Source of the DNA: Macrostomum lignano | Lineage: Eukaryota | Direction: 5' to 3' | NCBI GenBank assembly: GCA_002269645.1 | Contig: NIVC01002064.1 | Coordinates: 144,133 to 208,132, forward strand | DNA length: 64,000 nucleotides | Position numbers and translations under genes: made by a program | In this document: one piece after another, positions 1 to 15,910 of the stretch | How the letters are laid out: every line of letters begins with the position of its first letter | How positions within the stretch are numbered: the stretch's first letter is position 1 | Notes under the pieces: generated by a model | What the model was told of the DNA's origin: nothing | Seen by the model: the letters and a program-made list of their open reading frames with translations, nothing else | Databases searched by the model: none

Positions 1-385
1 ATGATTAGTTGGAAATCTGTAGTCGGGAATCGGGAATCTGTAATGAGGAATCGGGAATCTGTAATGAAGAATCGGGAATCTGTAATGAAGAATCGGGAAT
101 CTGTAATGAAGAATCGGGAATCTGTAATGAAGAATCGGGAATCTGTAATGAAGAATCGGGAATCTGTAATGATTAGTTGGAAATCTGTAGTCGGGAATCG
201 GGAATCTGTAATGAGGAATCGGGAATCTGTAATGAAGAATCGGGAATCTGTAATGAGGAATCGGGAATCTGTAATGAGAAATCGGGAATCTGTAATGAAG
301 AATCGGGAATCTGTAATGAGGAATCGGAAATCTGTAATGAGGAATCGGGAATCTGTAATGAGGAATCGGGAATCTGTAATGAGGA
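1..385. repeat. 21-bp minisatellite (GAATCGGGAATCTGTAATGA[A/G])
   Basis: Direct reading; explains ORF 1..468. Confidence 0.95.
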
Positions 386-1335
386 GTCTGTATTCTTCGA
401 TGAAATTCATGTTAGTCTGTCTTGTAGAGGAGTTTAAGTGTGTAAAACTTAATTCTTTACTTAACTAGGCATTGTGATAAATTTCAATAAAAAACACCCA
501 CCCCAATGTCTTTGTTAACTTTTTTGCTCAAGAAAAGTTCGTCTGTCAGTCACTTGTTGGAATTTTCGAGGAGAAATACTTGAGTGGATATTTGGGAGTT
601 CAACTCCGGGATCTACCCGGAAATCGATGGCCGCTTTTTCTGCTGCCTGGCGACACTCCCTGAGCTCAAGTCTCTCCTTACTCACAAGCCAAGGCTTTTT
701 TAAGCTCTTGGGGATTTCTCTCCCAGGCTCAGGCAACCAACGGATTCGACTTTGATCGGCCTCCCCTGTCTCCCCTATTCCCCTCTGGAAGAATTGATGA
801 TCCCCTCAACTGGGATCCCAGATTTGCGCCGCCGCTGCTGGGGGCGCACAGACAGGCAATTAATCAGCCGGCGCCTGGCGACCTCCGAAACTGACCGCTC
901 ATGGAGAATGGAAGCTGCTGCTGCGGACTGCTGAACAGGGGGGGGGGCTTGAAGAAGGAGTGGGAGAGAGGGGATACTTAAGGGAGACTACCCGCCCTGT
1001 CGCGAATTTTACTTTCCCCAGTGATGAGCGTGTAGGGAAGTGACGGGATTTCTGGGAGAACGGGTCTCTGGGGGGGGGCAGAAGCAAAGGGAAATGGCGA
1101 GGTTGTTTGATCCCGCGAGCTGTGTTTTATGGCTGTAGCAAATTTTGAAGCTGGCAGATTTAAAAAAATCCGCAAAAATATTAACTCGTTAAAAATTTTC
1201 CAACGTTGAGCAGGCGGATATCTGCAGATGGAGTTCATCGTCAAGTAAGGAAATATTTTCTGAGGACAGCTGGACTCGAAAGCACAGAGTCTTGGGTGGG
1301 GAGGGCTCTTGAGAGTGGCCGGATTTTGGAAAAGG

Positions 1336-2323
1336 GCAAGTCTCAGGATAGAAGGGGGCAAGTCTCAGGTTAGAGGGGGCAAGTCTCAGGATAGAAGGGG
1401 CAAGTCTCAGGATAGAAGGGGCAAGTCTCAGGATAGAAGGGGACAAGTCTCAGGATAGAAGGGGACAAGTCTCAGTATAGAAGGGGCAAGTCTCAGGATA
1501 GAAGGGGACAAGTCTCAGGATAGAAGGGGACAAGTCTCAGTATAGAAGGGGCAAGTCTCAGTATAGAAGGGGACAAGTCTCAGTATAGAAGGGGACAAGT
1601 CTCAGTATAGAAGGGGCAAGTCTCAGGATAGAAGGGGCAAGTCTCAGTATAGAAGGGGACAAGTCTCAGTATAGAAGGGGACAAGTCTCAGTATAGAAGG
1701 GGCAAGTCTCAGGATAGAAGGGGCAAGTCTCAGTATAGAAGGGACAAGTCTCAGGATAGAAGGGGACAAGTCTCAGTATAGAAGGGACAAGTCTCAGGAT
1801 AGAAGGGGACAAGTCTCAGTATAGAAGGGACAAGTCTCAGGATAGAAGGGGACAAGTCTCAGTATAGAAGGGGCAAGTCTCAGTATAGAAGGGGACAAGT
1901 CTCAGGATAGAAGGGGACAAGTCTCAGTATAGAAGGGGCAAGTCTCAGGATAGAAGGGGCAAGTCTCAGTATAGAAGGGGACAAGTCTCAGTATAGAAGG
2001 GGACAAGTCTCAGTATAGAAGGGGCAAGTCTCAGGATAGAAGGGGCAAGTCTCAGTATAGAAGGGACAAGTCTCAGGATAGAAGGGGACAAGTCTCAGTA
2101 TAGAAGGGACAAGTCTCAGGATAGAAGGGGACAAGTCTCAGTATAGAAGGGACAAGTCTCAGGATAGAAGGGGCAAGTCTCAGGATAGAGGGGGAAAAGT
2201 CTCAGGATAGAGGGGGACAAGTCTCAGTATAGAAGGGGCAAGTCTCAGGATAGAGGGGGACAAGTCTCAGGAGAGAGGGGGAAAAGTCTCAGGAGAGAGG
2301 GGGAAAAGTCTCAGGAGAGAGGG
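1336..2323. repeat. 21-22-bp minisatellite (AAGTCTCAG[G/T]ATAGAAGGGG[A]C)
   Basis: Direct reading. Confidence 0.95.
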
Positions 2324-2911
2324 GGTTTGAAGTTTTAAGTGGCTCTTAGTATGTAGTTACGCAGCTCATAAATAATGAGAGGGCATGATAAGTGAAAAGA
2401 TCATGAATAGATTTAAATGCAATTGTTAAACATGCTGCGATAATTAGAGCCGCTAAAATAAAGAATGGATATGTAATTAGCCAAACATAGAATTTGCAGG
2501 TGCAATTAAAGCCTGCTAAATAAGAAAGCAATGTTAGGTTTTTGTTTTGATGAAACTCTCCACTTTAATCAGCTTTTTAGCAAACAGATTAGAGGCTCCC
2601 TTGATGCAGAGAAGGGCAGTTGGGGACCCAAATTAAGGCTGCGTTTTAAAACACCTGGCCGTCGAGTCATTTGGGGTGGAGAAAAAAAGAATAATTATCG
2701 AGTGAGTTTAGTAAATGCTGTTTGCAATCATTCCCCACGCATTTGGGAAATATACAGTGAGACTGCGATGCAGAGTTTTTGGGATGCTGCATTTCTGCTA
2801 AGAAATATGCTCTGTAGAAAAGCTGCTCGACAGATAAGGAATAAAAAATACAAGTGCATCTGGGGCAAGCAAGACTTGCAGGCAAAAAAGTAGACAAGAA
2901 GACTCACATTA

Positions 2912-5900
2912 AGACACTAGGACACTAGGACACTAGGACACTAGGACACTAGGACACTAGGACACTAGGACACTAGGACACTAGGACACTAGGACACTAG
3001 TATACTAGGACACTAGGACACTAGGACACTAGGACACTAGGACACTAGGACACTAGGACATTAGGACACTAGGACACTAGGACACTAGTATACTAGGACA
3101 CTAGGACACTAGGACACTAGGACACTAGGACACTAGGACACTAGGACACTAGGACACTAGGACACTAGGACACTAGGACACTAGGACACTAGGACACTAG
3201 GACACTAGGACACTAGGACACTAGGACACTAGGACACTAGGACACTAGGACACTAGGACACTAGGACACTAGGACACTAGGACACTAGGACACTAGGACA
3301 CTAGGACACTAGGACACTAGGACACTAGGACACTAGTATACTAGGACACTAGGACAATAGGACACTAGGACACTAGAACACTAGGACACTAGGACACTAG
3401 GACACTAGGACACTAGGACATTAGGACACTAGGACACTAGGACACTAAGACAATAAGACACTAAGACAATAAGACACTAGGACATTAGGACACTAGGACA
3501 CTAGGACACTAAGACAATAAGACACTAAGACAATAAGACACTAGAACATTAGGACACTAGGAAACTAGGACACTAGGACACTAGGACACTAGGACACTAG
3601 GACACTAGGACACTAGGACACTAGGACACTAGTATACTAGGACACTAGGACACTAGGACACTAGGACACTAGGACACTAGGACACTAGGACATTAGGACA
3701 CTAGGACACTAGGACACTAGTATACTAGGACACTAGGACACTAGGACACTAGGACACTAGAACACTAGGACACTAGGACACTAGGACACTAGGACACTAG
3801 GACACTAGGACACTAGGACACTAGGACACTAGGACACTAGGACACTAGGACACTAGGACACTAGGACACTAGGACACTAGGACACTAGGACACTAGGACA
3901 CTAGGACACTAGGACACTAGGACACTAGGACACTAGGACACTAGGACACTAGGACACTAGGACACTAGGACACTAGGACACTAGGACACTAGTATACTAG
4001 GACACTAGGACAATAGGACACTAGGACACTAGAACACTAGGACACTAGGACACTAGGACACTAGGACACTAGGACATTAGGACACTAGGACACTAGGACA
4101 CTAAGACAATAAGACACTAAGACAATAAGACACTAGGACATTAGGACACTAGGACACTAGGACACTAAGACAATAAGACACTAAGACAATAAGACACTAG
4201 AACATTAGGACACTAGGAAACTAGGACACTAGGACACTAGGACACTAGGACACTAGGACACTAGGACACTAGGACACTAGGACACTAGTATACTAGGACA
4301 CTAGGACACTAGGACACTAGGACACTAGGACACTAGGACACTAGGACATTAGGACACTAGGACACTAGGACACTAGTATACTAGGACACTAGGACACTAG
4401 GACACTAGGACACTAGAACACTAGGACACTAGGACACTAGGACACTAGGACACTAGGACACTAGGACACTAGGACACTAGGACACTAGGACACTAGGACA
4501 CTAGGACACTAGGACACTAGGACACTAGGACACTAGGACACTAGGACACTAGGACACTAGTATACTAGGACACTAGGACAATAGGACACTAGGACACTAG
4601 AACACTAGGACACTAGGACACTAGGACACTAGGACACTAGGACATTAGGACACTAGGACACTAGGACACTAAGACAATAAGACACTAAGACAATAAGACA
4701 CTAGGACATTAGGACACTAGGACACTAGGACACTAAGACAATAAGACACTAAGACAATAAGACACTAGAACATTAGGACACTAGGAAACTAGGACACTAA
4801 GACAATAAGACACTAAGACAATAAGACACTAGGACATTAGAAACTAGGACACTAGGACACTAGGAAACTAGGACACTAAGACAATAAGACACTAAGACAA
4901 TAAGACACTAAGACAATAAGACACTAAGACAATAAGACACTAAGACAATAAGACACTTAGACAATAAGACAATAAGACACTAAGACAATAAGACACTAAG
5001 ACAATAAGACACTAAGACAATAAGACACTAAGACAATAAGACACTAAGACAATAAGACACTAAGACAATAAGACACTAAGACAATAAGACACTAAGACAA
5101 TAAGACACTAAGACAATAAGACACTAAGACAATAAGACACTAAGACAATAAGACACTAGGACACTAGGACACTAGGACACTAGGACACTAGGACACTAGG
5201 ACACTAGGACACTAGGACACTAGGACACTAGGACACTAGGACACTAGGACACTAGGACACTAGGACACTAGGACACTAGGACACTAGGACACTAGGACAC
5301 TAGGACACTAGGACACTAGGACACTAGTATACTAGGACACTAGGACAATAGGACACTAGGACACTAGAACACTAGGACACTAGGACACTAGGACACTAGG
5401 ACACTAGGACATTAGGACACTAGGACACTAGGACACTAAGACAATAAGACACTAAGACAATAAGACACTAGGACATTAGGACACTAGGACACTAGGACAC
5501 TAAGACAATAAGACACTAAGACAATAAGACACTAGAACATTAGGACACTAGGAAACTAGGACACTAAGACAATAAGACACTAAGACAATAAGACACTAGG
5601 ACATTAGAAACTAGGACACTAGGACACTAGGAAACTAGGACACTAAGACAATAAGACACTAAGACAATAAGACACTAAGACAATAAGACACTAAGACAAT
5701 AAGACACTAAGACAATAAGACACTTAGACAATAAGACAATAAGACACTAAGACAATAAGACACTAAGACAATAAGACACTAAGACAATAAGACACTAAGA
5801 CAATAAGACACTAAGACAATAAGACACTAAGACAATAAGACACTAAGACAATAAGACACTAAGACAATAAGACACTAAGACAATAAGACACTAAGACAAT

Positions 5901-6736
5901 AAGACACTAAGACAATAAGACACTAAGACAATAAGACACTAAGACAATAAGACACTAAGACAATAAGACACTAAGACAATAAGACACTAAGACAATAAGA
6001 CACTAAGACAATAAGACACTAAGACAATAAGACACTAAGACAATAAGACACTAAGACAATAAGACACTAAGACAATAAGACACTAAGACAATAAGACACT
6101 AAGACAATAAGACACTAGGACATTAGAAACTAGGACACTAGGACACTAGGAAACTAGGACACTAAGACAATAAGACACTAAGACAATAAGACACTAAGAC
6201 AATAAGACACTAAGACAATAAGACACTAAGACAATAAGACACTAAGACAATAAGACACTAAGACAATAAGACACTAAGACAATAAGACACTAAGACAATA
6301 AGACACTAAGACAATAAGACACTAAGACAATAAGACACTAAGACAATAAGACACTAAGACAATAAGACACTAGGACACTAGGACACTAGGACACTAGGAC
6401 ACTAGGACACTAGGACACTAGGACACTAGGACACTAGGACACTAGGACACTAGGACACTAGGACACTAGGACACTAGGACACTAGGACACTAGGACACTA
6501 GGACACTAGGACACTAGGACACTAGGACATTAGGAGACTAGGACACTAAGACAATAAGACACTAAGACAATAAGACACTAAGACAATAATACACTAAGAC
6601 AATAAGACACTAAGACAATAAGACACTAAGACAATAAGACACTAAGACAATAAGACACTAAGACAATAAGACACTAAGACAATAAGACACTAAGACAATA
6701 AGACACTAGGACATTAGAAACTAGGACACTAGGACA
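2912..6736. repeat. Compound satellite: (GGACACTA)n interleaved with the 16-mer (AGACAATAAGACACTA)n
   Basis: Direct reading; recurring blocks of variant units. Confidence 0.97.
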
Positions 6737-7397
6737 CCACAACAAGCAAGCAGCAGAGATCAAGAATCCCCGCAGGTCAAGGCTATGAAAACCACTTCCC
6801 TAGCTGTTGCCGACTACAAATCGATAATCGTATTTCCCGGAATTCATTCCCCAATACCGTAATCCCTCCGAGCTGCACAAGCATGCGGAATCTGGGTGAG
6901 AGATGAGGCAAGAGAGAGGTCACAGCTGCTGACAGGCTGGACTCCAAGAGAGCAACCATCCCACCAAAGTGTCACAATACGAGTATGTGCTCAATTTTGC
7001 ATCGCGGTGTGACACGTGCCGGCTTGCGGCATGGATATGGGGCAGGCTGCGATCTCTGCTATGCCTCTAAGCATGCAAAGAGTGTTCTCAGATGTGTCTG
7101 TCTACACCATGGCTCTCTAGAGCCACCTCAGCATGGCAGAGAGAATTTTTATTTAGCCATCGAAATTCAATGCCGAAATCAGCTTCACTAAAACGCCATT
7201 ATCGCCAGTTGGCTTTGTTGATGGGCTATGATTCTTCCTGTCGGGCTTTTTGGCTGATTGCTGCTCTGCTGCTTGCACCTCGGGAGCTTCAGGCGTTGCT
7301 AATCATTCTTCACACAGCATCTTTGTCAGGCCTGCCTCATCGGAGCCTGTGCGTTCTGAGTATTCTTTTGTAATTTTCTGCAAATGAAACTGTTTTC

Positions 7398-8150
<753 letters not shown>

Positions 8151-8683
8151 GTGGTGAAGCAATACTGCATTAGAAAAGTACATTCAGAGTCTGCATCACA
8201 AAGCATGCACTTTGCACCAGCCATTAGCCCTATTAGATTATCCTAAGCCAATGTTTCCCACAGTGAAGCAGCAATGCAAAAAAGAAACATGCGACCAGAA
8301 ATGCAGAAGGGAAAGTCTCAAACCGACAGATCGCGGCTTCGCTCCGCTGCTCAGAGCTCTGCAATCAGCTGACAAATGCATGTCACATCAAGCCAGCCAG
8401 ACCTTGCGTGTCACACTGAGTGATGGGGAGGGGGATGGCATTTCCCCAGTACGAGCCATGGCGCGCAGTTAATTTATATCGCCACGTGACTTTCTTATCG
8501 CACCTGCTGTCCGGGCAATTTATTAATTTACTGCAAATAAAAATGGGACAGAGCTGCAGCCGGCATCCCTAATCAGTGCTCAACAGGCCTGCTTGCACCT
8601 GTTGATGCGGGCGAGGGGTCCTGATGCGGTGCTTTTTCTGGATTAGAAGGGAAAGGTCAGATTGATTTGGGCACTAAATATAG

Positions 8684-9009
8684 GCCGGATTAGCAATGCA
8701 TTGTATTCCTTCATTGATGTTGGCTAGATTAGCAATCCACTCTATTCCTTCATTGATGTTGGCTAGATTAGCAATCCACTCTATTCCTTCATTGATATTG
8801 GCTAGATTAGCAATCCACTCTATTCCTTCATTGATGTTGGCTAGATTAGCAATCCACTCTATTCCTTCATCCATGCAGGCAAGATTAGCAATCCACTCTA
8901 TTCCTTCATCCACGCAGGCTAGATTAGCAATCCACTCTATTCCTTCATTGATATTGGCTAGATTAGCAATCCACTCTATTCCTTCATTGATATTGGCTAG
9001 ATTAGCAAC
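8684..9009. repeat. 39-bp minisatellite (GGCTAGATTAGCAATCCACTCTATTCCTTCATTGATGTT)
   Basis: Direct reading, ~8 units. Confidence 0.93.
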
Positions 9010-9334
9010 CCAGCTCAGACACTATCAGTGCAGGGGCACTTGTGCAACAATACTAATATTAAATTTTGCAGGTGCTCTTTGCTATCAAAATCAGCTGTCG
9101 AGCTCGGACTCAAAGTGTTTTCCCGGTTTTTCTTATAAAAGCAGATTCTAGAGCAACACGAATGGCACTGCAGGCCTTTGTCCAGGAGGGCCCTAATTGC
9201 TTTGTCCGAATTCGGTGCTCGCGTCTGGGCAAAAGCAGATTATTAGAAGATGAAAGAGCGAAGCACAAATTGAAGGGGAGACCCGCAGAAAGCGGCTTAG
9301 AAAAAGCAGAGGCGCTGCCGGTGATTCGTTCCGA

Positions 9335-9950
9335 AAGGCTGAGACTGAGAAGGCTGAGACTGAGAAGGCTGAGACTGAGAAGGCTGAGACTGAGAAGGCT
9401 GAGACTGAGAAGGCTGAGACTGAGAAGGCTGAGACTGAGAAGGCTGAGACTGAGAAGGCTGAGACTGAGAAGGCTGAGACTGAGAAGGCTGAGACTGAGA
9501 AGGCTGAGACTGAGAAGGCTGAGACTGAGAAGGCTGAGACTGAGAAGGCTGAGACTGAGAAGGCTGAGACTGAGAAGGCTGAGACTGAGAAGGCTGAGAC
9601 TGAGAAGGCTGAGACTGAGAAGGCTGAGACTGAGAAGGCTGAGACTGAGAAGGCTGAGACTGAGAAGGCTGAGACTGAGAAGGCTGAGACTGAGAAGGCT
9701 GAGACTGAGAAGGCTGAGACTGAGAAGGCTGAGACTGAGAAGGCTGAGACTGAGAAGGCTGAGACTGAGAAGGCTGAGACTGAGAAGGCTGAGACTGAGA
9801 AGGCTGAGACTGAGAAGGCTGAGACTGAGAAGGCTGAGACTGAGAAGGCTGAGACTGAGAAGGCTGAGACTGAGAAGGCTGAGACTGAGAAGGCTGAGAC
9901 TGAGAAGGCTGAGACTGAGAAGGCTGAGACTGAGAAGGCTGAGACTGAGA
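9335..9950. repeat. Perfect 15-bp array (AGGCTGAGACTGAGA)n
   Basis: Direct reading, ~41 identical units. Confidence 0.97.
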
Positions 9951-10090
9951 AGACTTCTATTTGTAAGTCTTTTAGTGACGTCACTTTTGCCTACTTTATA
10001 TTCTATGGCAAGACTTGGCTTGAGGGTGCTTGGCTCGGGGGCTGTACATGAAAATTGGCTGACGGGTTGTCGTGCGATTCGCAGCCATGA

Positions 10091-10489
<399 letters not shown>

Positions 10490-10699
10490 TAGGGCGCTGT
10501 TAAGCCGGTACGCGCCTATGATAGTGCGCACTTTATAGGGCGCCCCTTCTCCCCCTAGTAGCTAGACACTTTCCTAGGAATCTTATTAAAGGCAAAGATA
10601 GCAGATAGTTGAGTTTTTAACTCAATATCAATTGAATTGAATTGTAGATTGACACATTAAGCGACTCGAGAGAGAATGGATAGTTCCTGCAAGTTCCGC

Positions 10700-10958
10700 A
10701 GTCAAGGCTTACTGGGGGGAATTGCTGAGATGTCAAGGCTTACAGGGTGGAATTGCTGAGATGTCAAGGCTTACAGGGGGAATTGCTGAGATGTCAAGGC
10801 TTACCGGGTGGAATTGATGAGATGTCAAGGCTTACAGGGGGAATTGCTGAGATGTCAAGGCTTACCGGGTGGAATTGCTGAGATGTCAAGGCTTACCGGG
10901 TGGAATTGATGAGATGTCAAGGCTTACAGGGTGGAATTGCTGAGATGTCAAGGCTTAG
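10700..10958. repeat. 30-31-bp minisatellite (GTCAAGGCTTACAGGGTGGAATTGCTGAGAT)
   Basis: Direct reading, ~8 units. Confidence 0.92.
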
Positions 10959-11046
10959 AGGTCGGAAGCTACTGGTACATGTAGTTTATTCAAAAGTTTT
11001 ATTTCATTCTTTTTTGGGTCCCCAACGGGGGGGCGCTGCTTGCTAG

Positions 11047-11208
11047 TGCCTACCGATAAATAAAGTTAGGGCCGCTGTACACTCCTGTGTGAGTGTGCGC
11101 CTGCTCACTGTGCTCAGGGGAGTCGGTGAAATGGGCAGTTATGCCTCTCGCCGGTTGTGTGACAATGTCGCTTAAGTGCGCCATAGGGTGCACACAGCCT
11201 CTGCCTCT
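11047..11208 (+). mobile_element. SINE family B, 5'-truncated copy (GPCR intron)
   Basis: TGCCTACCGATAAATAAAGTTAG..CCGCTGTACAC...CTCAGGGGAGTCGG...GCCTCTCGCCGGTTGTGTGACAATGTCGC...GGTGCACACAGCC aligns to the 3' half of the 29.5-kb copy. Confidence 0.7.
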
Positions 11209-11404
11209 ATAAATAGGTGATATGTTGGGAATTCAATTGCAAAAAATGCATTTCGCAGCGTCTAGGGAATTCGCACGCACGATTTGCCAGTGTAGCGATC
11301 TTCTGCTTCAGTTGACCGAGTTCTCAGACAAAACTCTTGATCACGTCGAGATGTTGCTTACAAAGTCCCACAGTTAATACACAAAACAATTTGCACAGAC
11401 TCAC

Positions 11405-11819
11405 TGGAAAACGCGTTGGAGATGTTGTTCAGCGGCAGGCAGAAAATCGCCATTAGAATGTCCGCTGTGCTCAAATTGCAGATAAAATAATTTATAGTTG
11501 TGTGCATCGATGGTATACGATACACGGTTGCTATGACAACGAAGTTGCCAATCAGAGACAACAGGAACACTAGGGCATAGGCCGCTGTGATGACCACCAG
11601 AACTTCTGTGCTGAGCTTCACCTCCCAGAACGGCACCGCAGGCAGAGTCAGGTTCTCCATATCCTGCTTCAGTGACTGCTCGGTAAGCCAGAATCGGGAG
11701 CGATGTGGGCTGAGAGTCAAGCAGCGAGAACAGATTGTCAGTTTTGTAGCTGCAATGCTTATTGGAACCGGCCTTATCTGCGTCGGCCAATCAGATTCGC
11801 GTGGAATTGCGCGGTCCAT
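11405..11819 (-). CDS. Class A (rhodopsin-family) neuropeptide-type GPCR, first coding exon (N-terminus, TM1, ICL1, TM2); remaining exons not found in window
   Basis: Translation contains NLT sequon, TM1 ...LVFLLSLIGNFVVIATV (GN motif) and MHTTINYFICNLSTADILMAIFCLP (NLxxAD TM2 motif). Donor GTGAGT at 11404-11399, phase 1. Start is either 11819 (ORF track) or ATG 11660 (MENLTL). Confidence 0.85.
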
Positions 11820-11890
11820 TGAAAGACATCGCTTCCGGGTGCTTCCCTCTTTGCTGTGGGATTTTCTTAATGGTCTTTATGGAACTAGCC

Positions 11891-12945
11891 TATCTCACCC
11901 ACACTCACACCTGAGATCTACGCACACTCTCACCTGAGATCTCACCCACACTCTCACCTGAGATCTCACCCACACTCTCACCTGCGATCTCACCCACAAT
12001 CTCAACTGCGATCTCACCCACAATCTCACCCGAGATCTAACCGCAATCTCAACCGAGATCTACCCACACTGTCACCCGAGATCTACCCACAATCTCACCC
12101 GAGATCTACCCACACTCTCATCTGAGATCTGCCCACACTCTCACCCGAGATCTACCCACACTCTCACCCGAGATCTACCCACACTCTTATCTGAGATCTG
12201 CCCACAATCTCACCCAAGATCAACCCACACTCTCACCCGAGATCTACCCACAATCTCACCCGAGACCTACCCACACTCTCACCCGAGATCTACCCACACT
12301 CTCATCTGAGATCTGCTCACACTCTCACCCGAGATCTACCCACACTCTCACCCGAGATCCACCCACACTCTCACCCGAGATCAACCCACACTCTCATCTG
12401 AGATCAACCCACAGTCTCACCCGAGATCAACCCACAGTCTCACCCGAGATCTACTTACAATCTCACCCGAGATCTACCCACAGTCTCACCCGAGATTTAC
12501 CCGTAATCTCTACCGATATCTGCCCACACTCTCACCCGAGATCTACCCACAATCTCACCCGAGATCTACCCACACTCTCACCCGAGATCTATCCACAATC
12601 TCACCCGAGATCTACCCACACTCTCACCCGAGATCTACCCACACTCTCACCCGAGATCTACCCACACTCTCACCCGAGATCTACCCACACTCTCACCCGA
12701 GATCTACCCACAGTCTCACCCGAGATCAACCCACAATCTCACCCGAGATCTACCCACACTCTCACCCGAGATCTACCCACACTCTCACCCGAGATCTACC
12801 CACACTCTCACCCGAGATCTATCCACACTCTCACCCGAGATCTACCCACACTCTCACCCGAGATCTACCCACAGTCTCACCCGAGATCTACCCACAATCT
12901 CACCCGAGATCAACCCACACTCTCACCCGAGATCTACCCACACTG
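11891..12945. repeat. 23-bp minisatellite (CTCTCACCCGAGATCTACCCACA) immediately upstream of the GPCR exon
   Basis: Direct reading. Confidence 0.95.
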
Positions 12946-13460
12946 ATTTCACCTACACTGCCGAAACTGGTGTGCCAGCGCTCCAGTATTCCGAATCCCT
13001 CCGAAATAATCTGCTAGGAGTTCGCAAAAATGAACCACCTAATCCCTCACAGATTAGAACGGACTCAGCCTTTTCAATTGAGGCTCAATCCGCTATAGGG
13101 GCCGATTGCAATGCCAGAATTCCTAGAAATAGTGATTGACTGCCAGCCCTTATTCGCGTTACTAATTTATCCCCGAAATGGCCACTGCGATGGGATTTTT
13201 TCGGGATTGCAGACCGGAATAAACATTCGCGACACCGTCAGAGGACAGCGAGCTGAGGCGTGAAGCGAAATGTGATAATTGAATTTGCCAATATAAATTT
13301 AGCAATATCTGTATAAATTCTTTTGTCAGTGTGCAGCGTTGCTCTGCATGAGCAGTTTGCACTTCTTTCAGGCATAATTATTTCTGAGCCTCATTGCGGA
13401 AAATCTGCATCCAGACACTCATCGCACTGCCTGAGACCAGGAGAGACCAGGAACCACCTC

Positions 13461-13859
13461 AGCCCACACCAGTGACCCCACAGTCCCCTCATCAACCACC
13501 AGTGACCCCACAGTCCTCTCAGCAACCACTCGTGACCCCACAGTCCCCTCAGCAACCACTCGTGACCCCATAGTCCCCTCAGCAACCACTCGTGACCCCA
13601 CAGTCCTCTCAGCAACCACTCGTGACCCCACAGTCCTCTCAGCAACCACTCGTGACCCCACAGTCCTCTCATCAACCACCAGTGACCCCACAGTCCTCTC
13701 AGCAACCACTCGTGACCCCACAGTCCTCTCAGCAACCACTCGTGACCCCACAGTCCTCTCAGCAACCACTCGTGACCCCACAGTCCTCTCAGCAACCACC
13801 CGTGACCCCACAGTCCCATCAGCAACCACCCGTGACCCCACAGTCCCCTCAGCAACCTC
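13461..13859. repeat. 30-bp minisatellite (CGTGACCCCACAGTCCTCTCAGCAACCACT)
   Basis: Direct reading. Confidence 0.95.
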
Positions 13860-14782
13860 CAGAGATGGCACACAGGTTTTCAAACTGCGAGTAAAAAACT
13901 TCTCTGCAGCCTAATCAGACAACTCAAGATCGAACCTTGAAATAAGATACTCGCAAGCCACTGACAAGTTGTCAGTTTTTTTCTAAGAAAATCCCATACC
14001 AGGCTCAATTGCATAGTGTTAAAACTGTCAATAGATTTCAGACCGTCGGATGGACCGTGTGATCGGCACGAAGCTGTTCTCAGGTGTTCAAACTCAAGAC
14101 AACTAGATGAAGCTGTGCAAATTTGAATCTGGAAACAGAACCTGATAGCACTCATTTGCTGCCGTGCTTTTTTGTAGAATTGGAACACGAACTGCAAGCA
14201 ATCTGATTATTTAAATACAGATTGTTAACATGCTCATTGTCGTTGTCTGGCAAAATAAACAGCCGTTGCTATAGTAACCGAGGTCAACGGTATTTGGCGA
14301 ACCGTGTCTCGACCAAATCGGTTGATTTTTTTTTCGAAAAACCGAATTTGAAAGCTTGAAAAAATATTACTAGCTAAAATCACACTACTCTACTTTCTGC
14401 CAGATAGTAGTATCGTTGGGGCATATGTATTTAAATTTGCAGTACGCAGTAAAGCTGCAATAAAAATACAATACTCGTATATGCAATATAAAAAAATTTC
14501 GCAGAAGCAGAAAATCACTACACTCGCAAGCCGTGCAGATTGCGCTGGGGTGGTTTTCTGCTGCAAAATGCACTGCCGAGATTATGAATTTTCTGTTTCT
14601 TAGCCCTGAATTCCTAATATCCCACCCTCACAATTTTACTAAACTATTTTTCTATGAAATGCCATCAGAAACCGGCAGGCAAGCAAAGTTCCGGGTGAAA
14701 TTTCCAATTTTGATTTTAACTGTCCTTCACATGCAATATTTCCTAATTGAAGAGGGAACTAGAGCATATTTAAGTGGTTGAA

Positions 14783-15910
14783 ATGGATTGCTAAACTAGC
14801 CTACATATACGATGGATTGCTAATATAGTCGACTAGGATGATGGATTAGAATAGATAGCTAATCTAGCCTACATCTATGATGGATTGCTAATCTAGCCTA
14901 CATCTATGATGGATGGCTAATCTAGCCTACATCTATGATGGATTGCCAATCTAGCCTACATCTATGATGGATTGCTAATCTAGCCTACATCTATGATGGA
15001 TTGCTAATCTAGCCTACATCTATGATGGATTGCTAATCTAGCCTACATCTATGATGGATTGCTAATCTAGCCTACATCTATGATGGATTGCTAATCTAGC
15101 CTACATCTATGATGGATTGCTAATCTAGCCTACATCTATGATGGATTGCTAATCTAGCCTACATCTATGATGGATTGCTAATCTAGCCTACATCTATGAT
15201 GGATTGCTAATCTAGCCTACATCTATGATGGATTGCTAATCTAGCCTACATCTATGATGGATTGCTAATCTAGCCTACATCTATGATGGATTGCTAATCT
15301 AGCCAACTGGAATGATGGATTGCTAATCTAGCCAACTGGAATGATGGATTGCTAATCTAGCCAATTAGTTTGATGGATTGCTAATCTAGCCAACTGGAAT
15401 GATGGATTGCTAATCTAGCCAACTGGAATGATGGATTGCTAATCTATCCAACTGGAATGATGGATTGCTAATCTAGCCAACTGGAATGATGGATTGCTAA
15501 TCTAGCCAACTGGAATGATGGATTGCTAATCTAGCCAACGAGTTTGATGGATTGCTAATCTAGCCAACGAGTTTGATGGATTGCTAATCTAGCCAACTGG
15601 AATGATGGATTGCTAATCTAGCCAACTGGAATGATGGATTGCTAATCTAGCCAACTGGAATGATGGATTGCTAATCTAGCCAACTGGAATGATGGATTGC
15701 TAATCTAGCCAACGAGTTTGATGGATTGCTAATCTAGCCAACGAGTTTGATGGATTGCTAATCTAGCCAACGAGTTTAATGGATTGCTAATCTAGCCAAC
15801 GAGTTTAATGGATTGCTAATCTAGCCAACGAGTTTAATGGATTGCTAATCTAGCCAACGAGTTTGATGATTTCTTAACCTACTCAACAAGGATGATGGAT
15901 TGCTAGCCTA
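14783..15910. repeat. 29-bp minisatellite (GATGGATTGCTAATCTAGCC + variable 9 nt) with polarised variant blocks
   Basis: Direct reading; the variable part changes from TACATCTAT to AACTGGAAT to AACGAGTTT along the array. Confidence 0.95.

Noticed and set aside
515-736. 73-aa minus-strand ORF as a terminal exon
   Set aside because: No recognisable motif and no convincing acceptor; cannot be supported.
2346-2531. Hydrophobic minus-strand ORF (…CKFYVWLITYPFFILAALIIAACLTIAF…) as GPCR TM3 exon
   Set aside because: No DRY-like motif 25 residues after the Cys and no suitable phase-1 acceptor; hydrophobicity is expected from A-rich plus-strand DNA.
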